Part shown: positions 28,971 to 36,920 of the stretch, piece by piece | Position numbering within the stretch: the stretch's first letter is position 1 | Layout: every line of letters begins with the position of its first letter | Source of the DNA: Oscillospiraceae bacterium | Lineage (GTDB): Bacteria > Bacillota > Clostridia > Oscillospirales > Acutalibacteraceae | Length of the DNA: 64,000 bases | Direction of reading: 5' to 3' | Assembly (NCBI GenBank): GCA_015066345.1 | Contig: SVOQ01000002.1 | Span: 58,659-122,658, forward strand | Notes under the pieces: generated by a model | Seen by the model: the letters and a program-made list of their open reading frames with translations, nothing else | What the model was told of the DNA's origin: nothing | Databases searched by the model: none | Made by a program: the position numbers and the translations under genes

Positions 28971-29010
28971 GGTGTGTGTAACTTTGGTTGCACACACTTT
29001 TTTATTTTTC
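28971..29010 (+). terminator. terminator/attenuator hairpin directly upstream of the lipoprotein Shine-Dalgarno
   Basis: GTGTGTG...CACACAC stem followed by TTTTTTATTTTT. The AAGGAGG Shine-Dalgarno starts at 29011. Confidence 0.6.
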
Positions 29011-29024
29011 AAGGAGGTAACTAT

Positions 29025-29807
29025 ATGAAAAAAACGATTTCTGTAATCTTAGCATTAATAATGTTTTTAATGCTTACAGCTTGTGGTAATAACAATAAAC
29101 ATATCGGGCAAGCCAAGACACCTTCCGGTTCAGCCGTTATGCAAGGACAAGATTATAAAGATGTTATTGAACGATTTAAAGAAAAAGGATTCGTAAATAT
29201 AAAAACAGAAAAAATAGAAGATTTGATAACAGGTTGGCTAACGTCTGACGGTGAAGTTGAAGAAGTATTAGTTGGAGGCGATGTAAACTATTCGCCCGAC
29301 CAATGGGTCGATGCTAACACAGAGGTCATCATCAGGTACCATACATTCCCCGAAGAAACAACCGAAAATACCGAAACAGAAATCACCGAAAACACTGAAA
29401 CCGCCGAGGAAGAAATATTAGAAAATCTAACAATTGAAAACTGTCCGGAACTTGCATACATACTTGATACCAAAAATGAATTTGACCCTCAAATCAAAAA
29501 TTTCGCAACAAAATACAAAGGCAGAAACATTGAATTTGATGGATATACTGCGTCTGTTTTACCACACGAAAATTACACAACACGTTTCGATTACTTAATC
29601 TGTTACGGTGATTACGAGGGACCAATAAGTGGACCTAATTTTCAAATAAACAACGTGAATTATACTGATTTACATTTAGTTGGTAGCAATGTTCCTGACA
29701 CTTTCGGAACAGGAATAAATATTCATATTATTGCCGAAGTTGTTGGTTACAACTCTGGTTCCGGAATATTTGAAATTAAGCCTATAAAAATTACTATTCG
29801 CTCATAA
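29025..29807 (+). CDS. putative lipoprotein, function unknown
   Basis: AAGGAGG Shine-Dalgarno. MKKTISVILALIMFLMLTAC lipobox. Acidic ETTENTETE linker. Confidence 0.65.
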   Translation: MKKTISVILALIMFLMLTACGNNNKHIGQAKTPSGSAVMQGQDYKDVIERFKEKGFVNIKTEKIEDLITGWLTSDGEVEEVLVGGDVNYSPDQWVDANTEVIIRYHTFPEETTENTETEITENTETAEEEILENLTIENCPELAYILDTKNEFDPQIKNFATKYKGRNIEFDGYTASVLPHENYTTRFDYLICYGDYEGPISGPNFQINNVNYTDLHLVGSNVPDTFGTGINIHIIAEVVGYNSGSGIFEIKPIKITIRS

Positions 29808-29850
29808 TAACAAAAACATCGTGCAAAGTAGTTAACTATCTTTTAATTAT

Positions 29851-30145
29851 GTAGGACATACGCACTACCGCTACGGGTCAGGTAAGCCTGACCCGTTTAG
29901 TTTGTTGTAAATTTTGTTTTTCGGGCCGGGCAAGCCACAGACCCTACGGTGGGTGGTTATTCTATCCGACTTCACCGTAAGGTACGCATATATGCGTACC
30001 GCTGAGATAACGTACACCCCTTTGGCTTGTTGGTTAGGATAGTTTGTTTTCTTTACTTGCGGGACGGATATATCCGTCCCTTACGGGGGGTGTTGTTCTC
30101 TGTAACAGGAGACTAACCGCAAGAGAACTACCCACCACCGCTCCG
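29851..30145. repeat. degenerate tandem units of about 131-139 bp carrying GC-rich hairpins and 20-nt perfect palindromes
   Basis: ACCGCT anchors at 29867, 29998 and 30137. Palindromes GGTACGCATATATGCGTACC (29981-30000) and GGGACGGATATATCCGTCCC (30061-30080). CGGGCCGGG...CCCTACGGTGGGTGG aligns with CGGGACGG...CCCTTACGGGGGGTG 138 bp later. Confidence 0.6.
29873..29896 (+). terminator. hairpin plus T-rich tract after the lipoprotein gene
   Basis: ACGGGTCAGG-TAAG-CCTGACCCGT followed by TTTAGTTTGTTG...TTTTGTTTTT. Confidence 0.55.
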
Positions 30146-30372
30146 ATTAAATATATTAATAACAAAAGCAATTCACACGCTTCAAACTGAATTTTGCAAT
30201 AAAGCTATTTCAAGGCGGTCCCCCTCCCTATGCTTACGCACAGGGATGATAGGCTGTCGCTTTACATCTGCTTAATCTATAATCGGTTTGCCCTTCAATT
30301 CCTAATTCCTCATTCCTAATTATAATCGTGTGCCCCTTTAATTTTGCATTTTGCATTTTTAATGCCGTAAGG

Positions 30373-30411
30373 CAATTCATGATGTATCAATTCATGATGT
30401 ATCAATTCACG
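30373..30411. repeat. 15-bp tandem repeat CAATTCATGATGTAT x2 plus a partial third copy
   Basis: Read directly. Related CAATTCA words recur at 30169 and 30419. Confidence 0.8.
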
Positions 30412-30537
30412 CTATAAGCAATTCATGTGAAGCTAATAATGATTTTGCAAATGCCATAAATTGACCTGACGTCCATGATTTCTCGCTTTGCTCCATAATT
30501 TGATTTGCTTCACAAATCATTTTATTATTTATCCCTG

Positions 30538-30566
30538 TTGACCTCAACCCCTTAAAACTGTATAAT
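30538..30566 (+). promoter_or_regulatory. putative sigma-A promoter of the GH3 gene
   Basis: TTGACC, 17 nt, TATAAT, about 24 nt before the start codon. Confidence 0.6.
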
Positions 30567-30589
30567 TCATTTATACGGAGGTGTTGGTA

Positions 30590-33013
30590 ATGAATGGTAC
30601 TGAAAAAGCCAAACGAAAACTTTTTAACGTAATAGGCAAGGTTGTTAACAAGCTTGGTCAGAATGAGGCTATGGCTAATGACGATATGTCAAAAGATGTT
30701 ACCGAGGGTATGCCCGAACTTTTAAGGGAGGCTGCTGCTGAGGGTACTGTACTTTTAAGGAACGACGGAATTCTTCCCTTAAAGGATACCGATGTTATAT
30801 CGGTTTTCGGCAGGGTGCAGAATGACTATATTTACGTGGGCTATGGCTCGGGCGGTGACGTTATTAAGCCATACACCGTGAATCTTATGGAGGGTCTTCG
30901 TAATAACGGTGTGAAAGTCAATGAAGAATTGGCGACTATTTACCGTAAATGGTGTAGCGAAAACGCTCCCGACCACGGTTTTTGGGGTCATTGGCCACAC
31001 TATTATGAAGAAATGCCCATTGATACTAAGACCATAAAAACTGCTTCACAAAAAACTGGAATTGCCGTTGTAGTTATTGGCAGAGCCGCAGGTGAAGACC
31101 GTGAAAACACCCTTACAAAGGGAAGTTACTATTTAACCGATGATGAAAAATCTTTGATTTCAAGAGTTTCTGAGAATTTCAATAAAACCGTCATTATTCT
31201 CGACATCGGCGGTATTATTGATATGAGTTGGGAAAAAGAAATTCTCAAAGGTGACAGTGCTATCCTCATTCCTTGGCAGGGCGGTATGGAAAGCGGTAAT
31301 GCGGTTGCAGAAGTGCTTTCGGGTAAACGTGAGCCATCGGGCAGATTAACCGACACCATCGCGAAATCTTACGAGGATTACCCCTCCGCCGAAAATTTCG
31401 GCAACAGAGAATACAACAATTACACCGAGGATGTTTACGTTGGCTACCGTTATTTTGAAACATTCAATAAGGATGCGGTTCTTTATCCTTTCGGTTTTGG
31501 TCTTGGATATGCAAATTTCGAACGCAATTTAATCTCTGTTCAAATCAAAAACGATATTATCGCTCTTAAAATATCCACTAAAAACACAAGCGACTACTCG
31601 GGCAAGGATGTTTTACAAATATATATCGAGGCTCCTCAGGGCAAGCTGGGTAAACCCTCCCGTGTTTTATGTGCGTATGAAAAAACACGCATATTAAATT
31701 GCAGTGAAGAACAGGAATTTGAAATAAATATTCCTTTCTATACTTTTGCATCATACGATGACAGCGGCAAAACGCCCTATAAATCATCATATATAATTGA
31801 AAAAGGCATTTATAACGTATACCTTGGCGGTGACGTCAGACGTGCAAAAAAAGTATATTCTTTTGAAATCAATGAAAACATTGTACTTGAAACTTTAAAA
31901 GAGGTTGCCGCACCAAAAGAAAGTTTTGATCGTCTTATACCGAAAGAAAACATTGGCAATTTTGAAAAATCCTATGAAAAAGTGCCCACTTCAACAGATA
32001 ATTTAAAAGAAATCATTTTATCCGAACTTCCTGAAAATTTTGGCACTTCAAAAAAACGTAACATCAAATTATCCGATGTTAAAAACGGCAATGAAACCCT
32101 CAATAATTTCATCGCTCAGTTAACTCCCGACGAGCTTGAAGCCATAAGTCGCGGTGCATATATTATGAATAGTCCCCTTGGTGCTAAGGGTAACGCCGGT
32201 GTAATGGGAGGGGTACTTCCCTCTTTACGTGAGCTTGGTATTGACCCTGTCACTACCACCGACGGGCCCTCAGGCATAAGACTTCTTGCCTGTTGCTCTT
32301 TGCTTCCCTCCGGTACGTCTATCGCATCTATGTGGAACAAAAACTTAGCATACCGCCTTTACCAAAAAGTGGGCGGTGAAATGAAAGCCAAAGGCTCTGA
32401 CATTTTACTCGCTCCGGGTATGAATATTCACCGTAGTCCCCTTTGTGGCAGAAACTTTGAGTATTACTCCGAAGACCCCTTATTAACGGGCAAGACCGCC
32501 GCCGCGGTTGTTTCGGGATTACAAAGTGAGGGTGTTGCCGCTTGTCCCAAGCACTTTGCTTGTAACAACCAGGAAACCAATCGTAATAAAAACGATTCAC
32601 GTCTTTCCGAAAGAGCATTACGCGAGATTTATCTTAAAGGCTTCGAAATTTGTGTCAAAGATGCCAAGCCCCTGACCATTATGACCTCGTACAATAAAAT
32701 CAACGGTGTATGGGCTCATTATCACTATGACCTTTGCACAAGAATACTTCGTCAGGAATGGAAATACGACGGTCTTGTTATGACGGATTGGTGGATGCAA
32801 TACACTACAAGTCCCGAATTCCCTGCATTAAAAGACAACGCCTACCGTGTAAGGGCAGGTGTTGATGTATTAATGCCCGGTGGTAAACGCACAGGAAAGA
32901 AAAAGCCCGACGGCACATTACTTAAGACCTACAAAAAGGAAAACGGCATCACCCTCGGCGAAATGCAACGCACCGCTAAAAATGTGTTAAATCTTGTAAT
33001 GAAAGTAAAATAA
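30590..33013 (+). CDS. glycoside hydrolase family 3 beta-glucosidase with permuted domain order
   Basis: GGAGGTG Shine-Dalgarno. The GH3 C-domain-like region (VLLRNDGILPL...GMESGNAVAEVLSGKREPSGRL) comes first, then FGFGLGY and an Fn3-like region, then the GH3 N-domain (KHFACNNQE...GLVMTDW) at the C-terminus. Confidence 0.85.
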   Translation: MNGTEKAKRKLFNVIGKVVNKLGQNEAMANDDMSKDVTEGMPELLREAAAEGTVLLRNDGILPLKDTDVISVFGRVQNDYIYVGYGSGGDVIKPYTVNLMEGLRNNGVKVNEELATIYRKWCSENAPDHGFWGHWPHYYEEMPIDTKTIKTASQKTGIAVVVIGRAAGEDRENTLTKGSYYLTDDEKSLISRVSENFNKTVIILDIGGIIDMSWEKEILKGDSAILIPWQGGMESGNAVAEVLSGKREPSGRLTDTIAKSYEDYPSAENFGNREYNNYTEDVYVGYRYFETFNKDAVLYPFGFGLGYANFERNLISVQIKNDIIALKISTKNTSDYSGKDVLQIYIEAPQGKLGKPSRVLCAYEKTRILNCSEEQEFEINIPFYTFASYDDSGKTPYKSSYIIEKGIYNVYLGGDVRRAKKVYSFEINENIVLETLKEVAAPKESFDRLIPKENIGNFEKSYEKVPTSTDNLKEIILSELPENFGTSKKRNIKLSDVKNGNETLNNFIAQLTPDELEAISRGAYIMNSPLGAKGNAGVMGGVLPSLRELGIDPVTTTDGPSGIRLLACCSLLPSGTSIASMWNKNLAYRLYQKVGGEMKAKGSDILLAPGMNIHRSPLCGRNFEYYSEDPLLTGKTAAAVVSGLQSEGVAACPKHFACNNQETNRNKNDSRLSERALREIYLKGFEICVKDAKPLTIMTSYNKINGVWAHYHYDLCTRILRQEWKYDGLVMTDWWMQYTTSPEFPALKDNAYRVRAGVDVLMPGGKRTGKKKPDGTLLKTYKKENGITLGEMQRTAKNVLNLVMKVK

Positions 33014-33015
33014 AA

Positions 33016-33049
33016 AAATCAACCCCGATTCTTTCGAATCGGGGTTTTA
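33016..33049. terminator. bidirectional intrinsic terminator
   Basis: CCCCGATTC-TTTC-GAATCGGGG with flanking A-run and T-run, between convergent genes. Confidence 0.85.
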
Positions 33050-33063
33050 CTTTAACTATTCAC

Positions 33064-34779
33064 TTAAGCGATTACGTAAGGAATTTCACCGGCAATGTGG
33101 AGAATATATCTTACGTCAACAGTTGTGATTTCGCCGTCTTCGTCGATATCACCAACTTCAAGCTGGTAATCGGTAGCTTTAAGCTGACCTGCGGCAATCT
33201 TAAGTGCGAGTTTAGCATCCAATGTGTTAACTGCACCACTGTTGTCAACGTCACCAAGAAGACCGTCCAATGTGATGGGAGTTACGTGTCTCTTATATGT
33301 GTTGTAAAGAGAGAACTGAGGGTGATTTTCTTTATCGGTGTGTACTGTGTACTGTTCGTCTGCAGTAAGGAGCCAGATTACAGTATCCAATGTACCGTTA
33401 TCAGCGTTATAGTCGCTGTGGCTCATATTCTTGATAAGCCATGTCTGTTCGGGGAACATAGCGGTTGACATATCAATCTTATAGTCCCAAGAAACGTGGT
33501 TGTGACCGTCTTTGATTTTCTGAGTGTAAATCTGAGCCCAGTCATCGTGTGCCTGAAGGTAAAGTGCACAGTTAGCGCCACCTGTCATATACTTAACGTC
33601 GATAACTTCGTCGCTCTGTTCGTAGTCTGAACTGATGGGAATCATCTGACGATTGTAACCGCAAACGATTGAGAATCTCATACCGTCGTCTTCGGCAGCC
33701 TCGATAATTTCCTTAGCTCTTGCCTGAACACCAAGATTATTTTCATCAACACTGTTGTAAGGTGCGATAATTGCTTCAAGGTTGGGGTCAATTCCTTCGG
33801 GGAAGAGGAAGTCTTTAGCATCCTCATAATAATCACCGGGAACGAGAGCCCACATACCGGGCATACCGCTCATAAGAGGAATAATGCTATCTCTGTAAAT
33901 ATAAGGGTTAACACCCTGAATTGCTGCGTTAATATCACCGAAGTATTCGTGGGAAAGACCCTCGTAACTTGCAATGTATGAAATGATATAAGCTGCTATA
34001 TGAGTAGTTGCACTAACGTCGGCAGATTTAACAAGGTAGTTTTCAACTGCGAAAATATCAATTTCGATATTACCGCTGAAAAGGTTACCTACAAGGCTTG
34101 TGCCCTGCCATGCGGGAGAAGCAAATACACAGTTGTTAATACGTCTTCCGCCAAATTCATCCAAGTATGAAAGCATAATTGTTGAACCCATACTCATTGC
34201 GGCTACATTAACTTTTTTGCAACCTTCCTGAGTTCTTACGTAGTTGATGAAAGCATTAAGCTCCGCAGCAACTTCGATGGGACTCTTACGCCAGTCATAG
34301 CTGAAGCTGTAAGTATTATCTTCGCCGTATTTCTTAGCAGTCTCAAGAACGAATGATGTGAAAAGGTTAGCCTTTTCTTCTTCGGTGTACTCGGAGATAG
34401 TTTTATCTGTTACGTAGTAACCTAATTCATTCTTGGGAGTGCCATCGGTATTATAAGCGATGGGCTCGAAATATTTATTGAGTGCGGGAATGAAGCGGTT
34501 TCCGAATGCCTCAAAGTCTTTGTGGTTCATACCATACTGGATGAGACCACTTACAAAGGCTCCGCCTACATCTGTAATCATTGCTTCGATATCGGTATCA
34601 CTGCCGAAGAATGCCTCCTTCTGATTTTCAGTACCGAAATCTGTGTAAAGCTTTGTTGAATTGAAGCCGTCAACTATTACGAGGGGCAATTCGTCAGCCG
34701 CAACAACGGGCATAACGAAAGCAAGAACTGACATAACAATCGCAAGAGCGAGGCAAACAATTTTCTTGGTTGCTTTCAT
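33064..34779 (-). CDS. secreted alpha/beta-hydrolase (LCAT/PGAP1-like lipase/esterase) with a C-terminal type I dockerin
   Basis: AGGAGG Shine-Dalgarno. Signal peptide. AMSMGS nucleophile elbow. Dockerin duplicate GDVDNSGAVNTLD ... GDIDEDGEITTVD. Confidence 0.7.
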   Translation of the reverse strand: MKATKKIVCLALAIVMSVLAFVMPVVAADELPLVIVDGFNSTKLYTDFGTENQKEAFFGSDTDIEAMITDVGGAFVSGLIQYGMNHKDFEAFGNRFIPALNKYFEPIAYNTDGTPKNELGYYVTDKTISEYTEEEKANLFTSFVLETAKKYGEDNTYSFSYDWRKSPIEVAAELNAFINYVRTQEGCKKVNVAAMSMGSTIMLSYLDEFGGRRINNCVFASPAWQGTSLVGNLFSGNIEIDIFAVENYLVKSADVSATTHIAAYIISYIASYEGLSHEYFGDINAAIQGVNPYIYRDSIIPLMSGMPGMWALVPGDYYEDAKDFLFPEGIDPNLEAIIAPYNSVDENNLGVQARAKEIIEAAEDDGMRFSIVCGYNRQMIPISSDYEQSDEVIDVKYMTGGANCALYLQAHDDWAQIYTQKIKDGHNHVSWDYKIDMSTAMFPEQTWLIKNMSHSDYNADNGTLDTVIWLLTADEQYTVHTDKENHPQFSLYNTYKRHVTPITLDGLLGDVDNSGAVNTLDAKLALKIAAGQLKATDYQLEVGDIDEDGEITTVDVRYILHIAGEIPYVIA

Positions 34780-34937
34780 AATAATCCTCCTATTAGATAC
34801 TAATAGCATTATACTACCATATATACAAACTGATTTTAACACATAAATCCGTTAATTGCAATAGCAATATTAAATTTTTACCCATTGAGTTTGACGATTT
34901 TAGGGGGTAGTTTATTGTTGAAAATGAATAATTTTTA

Positions 34938-35732
34938 TTATTCTAACCTGATTGATATCTCGCCCGAGTTCAAAACCGTTTTTTCCCCGTTTTCGAACGC
35001 CACTAAAAGACCGCATTTATCGTCTATTTCCAGTGCCCTCGCAGATGTCTTTTCGCCGTTTTTTATTACATATATATCTTTACCGATAACGAAACACCTT
35101 CGGGAATATTGGGGACAATGAAGTTTTTTATTGATGTTTTTATAATAGTTCATAAAGGAAGAAAGGAACTCCGCAACAAGTCTGTTTCTTAAGTTTTCTT
35201 TTTCCTCACTAAACACCGCTCCGGCTATATCTTTTATATCCTCGGGGAAACCGCACTCAGGCTCATATACATTAATTCCCACACCGAGAACTGCGTAATC
35301 AAAACAGCCTTTTTGCGCATTAAAACAACCCTCGGTAAGTATTCCGCAAACCTTCTTTTTATTGACAAAAATATCGTTCACCCATTTAATCCGAGCGTCC
35401 GAAACCCCAAGTTTTTCCAATGCTTCGCAGACGCTTACCGCCGCAGCAGTGGTAATGAGCACCGCATCCTCGGGGGCTATGGACGGTTTAAGAAGTAAAC
35501 TCATATAAATCCCCGTATCACCGGGTGAAAAAAAGCTTCGTCCGAGCCTTCCCCTACCCCGGGTCTGCTCACCTGCAACGACTAAAAGCCCCTCATTTTC
35601 ACCCTGAGAGGCACGTTCTTTGATTATTGAGTTGGTTGATTCAGTTTTAGGATAAAACTCAAGTTTAATCCCGTCCTTTAAAGATTCGGGAACAAAACCA
35701 TATATCCCCTCACAAGATAAAATATCCTTCAT
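34938..35732 (-). CDS. birA: biotin--[acetyl-CoA-carboxylase] ligase (no N-terminal HTH)
   Basis: GRGRLGRSFFSP motif. Start at MKDIL with an AGGAG Shine-Dalgarno. Confidence 0.85.
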   Translation of the reverse strand: MKDILSCEGIYGFVPESLKDGIKLEFYPKTESTNSIIKERASQGENEGLLVVAGEQTRGRGRLGRSFFSPGDTGIYMSLLLKPSIAPEDAVLITTAAAVSVCEALEKLGVSDARIKWVNDIFVNKKKVCGILTEGCFNAQKGCFDYAVLGVGINVYEPECGFPEDIKDIAGAVFSEEKENLRNRLVAEFLSSFMNYYKNINKKLHCPQYSRRCFVIGKDIYVIKNGEKTSARALEIDDKCGLLVAFENGEKTVLNSGEISIRLE

Positions 35733-35791
35733 AAAAACTCCTGAGAAAACAAAACACCGTCCGAAGACGGTGTTTATATTATACACGAAAA

Positions 35792-36751
35792 TTAATATGC
35801 AATAACAAATTCGTCTTCGCAGTCGATACCAACTTCGGCATCAATACCCATAGCTGAAAGACTGAGAATACAGGGAGCCTGAACATAAAGAGCTACAAGG
35901 TTACCTGAAGCATCGATTGTTGCTTTGAGTGTACAGGGGTCGTAGTCAAGTTTGATGTTTGAAATCTCGATAACGCCTGCAACCGCATCAGTAATTGTCT
36001 TTTCTTCGATAATAGAAACTGCTGAACCGATACCGCTACCTGCCTTGGGGTTGGACTCGGCTTTTGTAACGATGGTAACAATAGTATTGTCGCCGTCTTT
36101 CTGAACATCTACCTTATCAACAGCACTTGCATCAAGAGTACAGTTAATACCCTTGGGAGGAAGGTCGTTTTTATCCATATCAACGGGAGTTGTATCTTCT
36201 TTCATGAAAGTACCCATAAGGCTCTTAGCAATACTTGAAAGCATACCCGCTTTAACGTGACCCTTATAGTTGGAAGCGTTAGTTCTTACACGTGTAACTT
36301 TAGCTGCAGATGACTTTGCTTTATTAAGAGCGTCAACATACATTTTAAGTCCATCCTGCTGTGAAGCACCTGCGTCCTGAGAGCCGGCGTTATTATTACC
36401 TGCGGGTGTGTTACTATCCGCAGAGGAACCACCGTTTGAGCCACCGTTTGAGCCACCATTTGAGCCACTATTGGAAGAACCTCCGTTTGAACTGCTACTT
36501 GAACCGCCGGGTGTTGTTGAAACGTAACCACCGTTGGAAGAACCGCTATTAACATAACCGCCGTTATTTGAGTTATTATTATGCTCTTCAATCTGCTGCA
36601 TCAATGCCTTTTCTCTGGCCATATTATTCTGAGCTGCTTTGAGCGTAAATACAGAAGAAAGAATATTTGTAGTAATAACTGTCATAGCAACACTCACTGC
36701 CGCAATACAAATAACTAACTTCTTGATAGGTGTCATCTTCATTACATGCAC
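35792..36751 (-). CDS. membrane-anchored/secreted protein with a Gly/Ser/Asn low-complexity linker, function unknown
   Basis: N-terminal TM. The (SNGG)n tract is encoded by 12-nt tandem repeats. Start is ambiguous among three Met codons. Confidence 0.55.
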   Translation of the reverse strand: MHVMKMTPIKKLVICIAAVSVAMTVITTNILSSVFTLKAAQNNMAREKALMQQIEEHNNNSNNGGYVNSGSSNGGYVSTTPGGSSSSSNGGSSNSGSNGGSNGGSNGGSSADSNTPAGNNNAGSQDAGASQQDGLKMYVDALNKAKSSAAKVTRVRTNASNYKGHVKAGMLSSIAKSLMGTFMKEDTTPVDMDKNDLPPKGINCTLDASAVDKVDVQKDGDNTIVTIVTKAESNPKAGSGIGSAVSIIEEKTITDAVAGVIEISNIKLDYDPCTLKATIDASGNLVALYVQAPCILSLSAMGIDAEVGIDCEDEFVIAY

Positions 36752-36920
36752 ACTCCATTTCGCATTTAATCTACATTATTATAAAATATGTTTTCGTAAA
36801 TGTCAACAACTTTAATCAAATGTAAAATTTTATATATATAAAAATTTTTGTTCTGCTATTGTTTATTTTGATACAATAATGTAAAATATCTAAGGTAAGA
36901 TTTGAAAGCGGAGCAAAAAT

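Noticed and set aside
28780-28995. 71-aa minus-strand ORF between tRNA-Thr and the lipoprotein gene.
   Set aside because: It spans the 116-nt palindrome and the tRNA terminator, has no Shine-Dalgarno and has odd composition. It is better explained as non-coding structured DNA or RNA.
30141-30165. dif-like or replication-terminus-like AT-rich palindrome (TTAAATATATTAATAA).
   Set aside because: No match to the XerC/XerD arm consensus. The window also carries parAB, which normally lies origin-proximal (inference), so a dif site is not expected here.
29808-30300. Known housekeeping RNAs (RNase P, tmRNA, SRP RNA, 6S) as an explanation for the hairpin-rich region.
   Set aside because: I could not find the hallmark strings I remember: GAGGAAAGTCC for RNase P, a tRNA-like GGGG...CCACCA end and tag ORF for tmRNA, and GGAAG...AGCAGCC for the SRP domain IV. 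This needs cmscan to be definitive.
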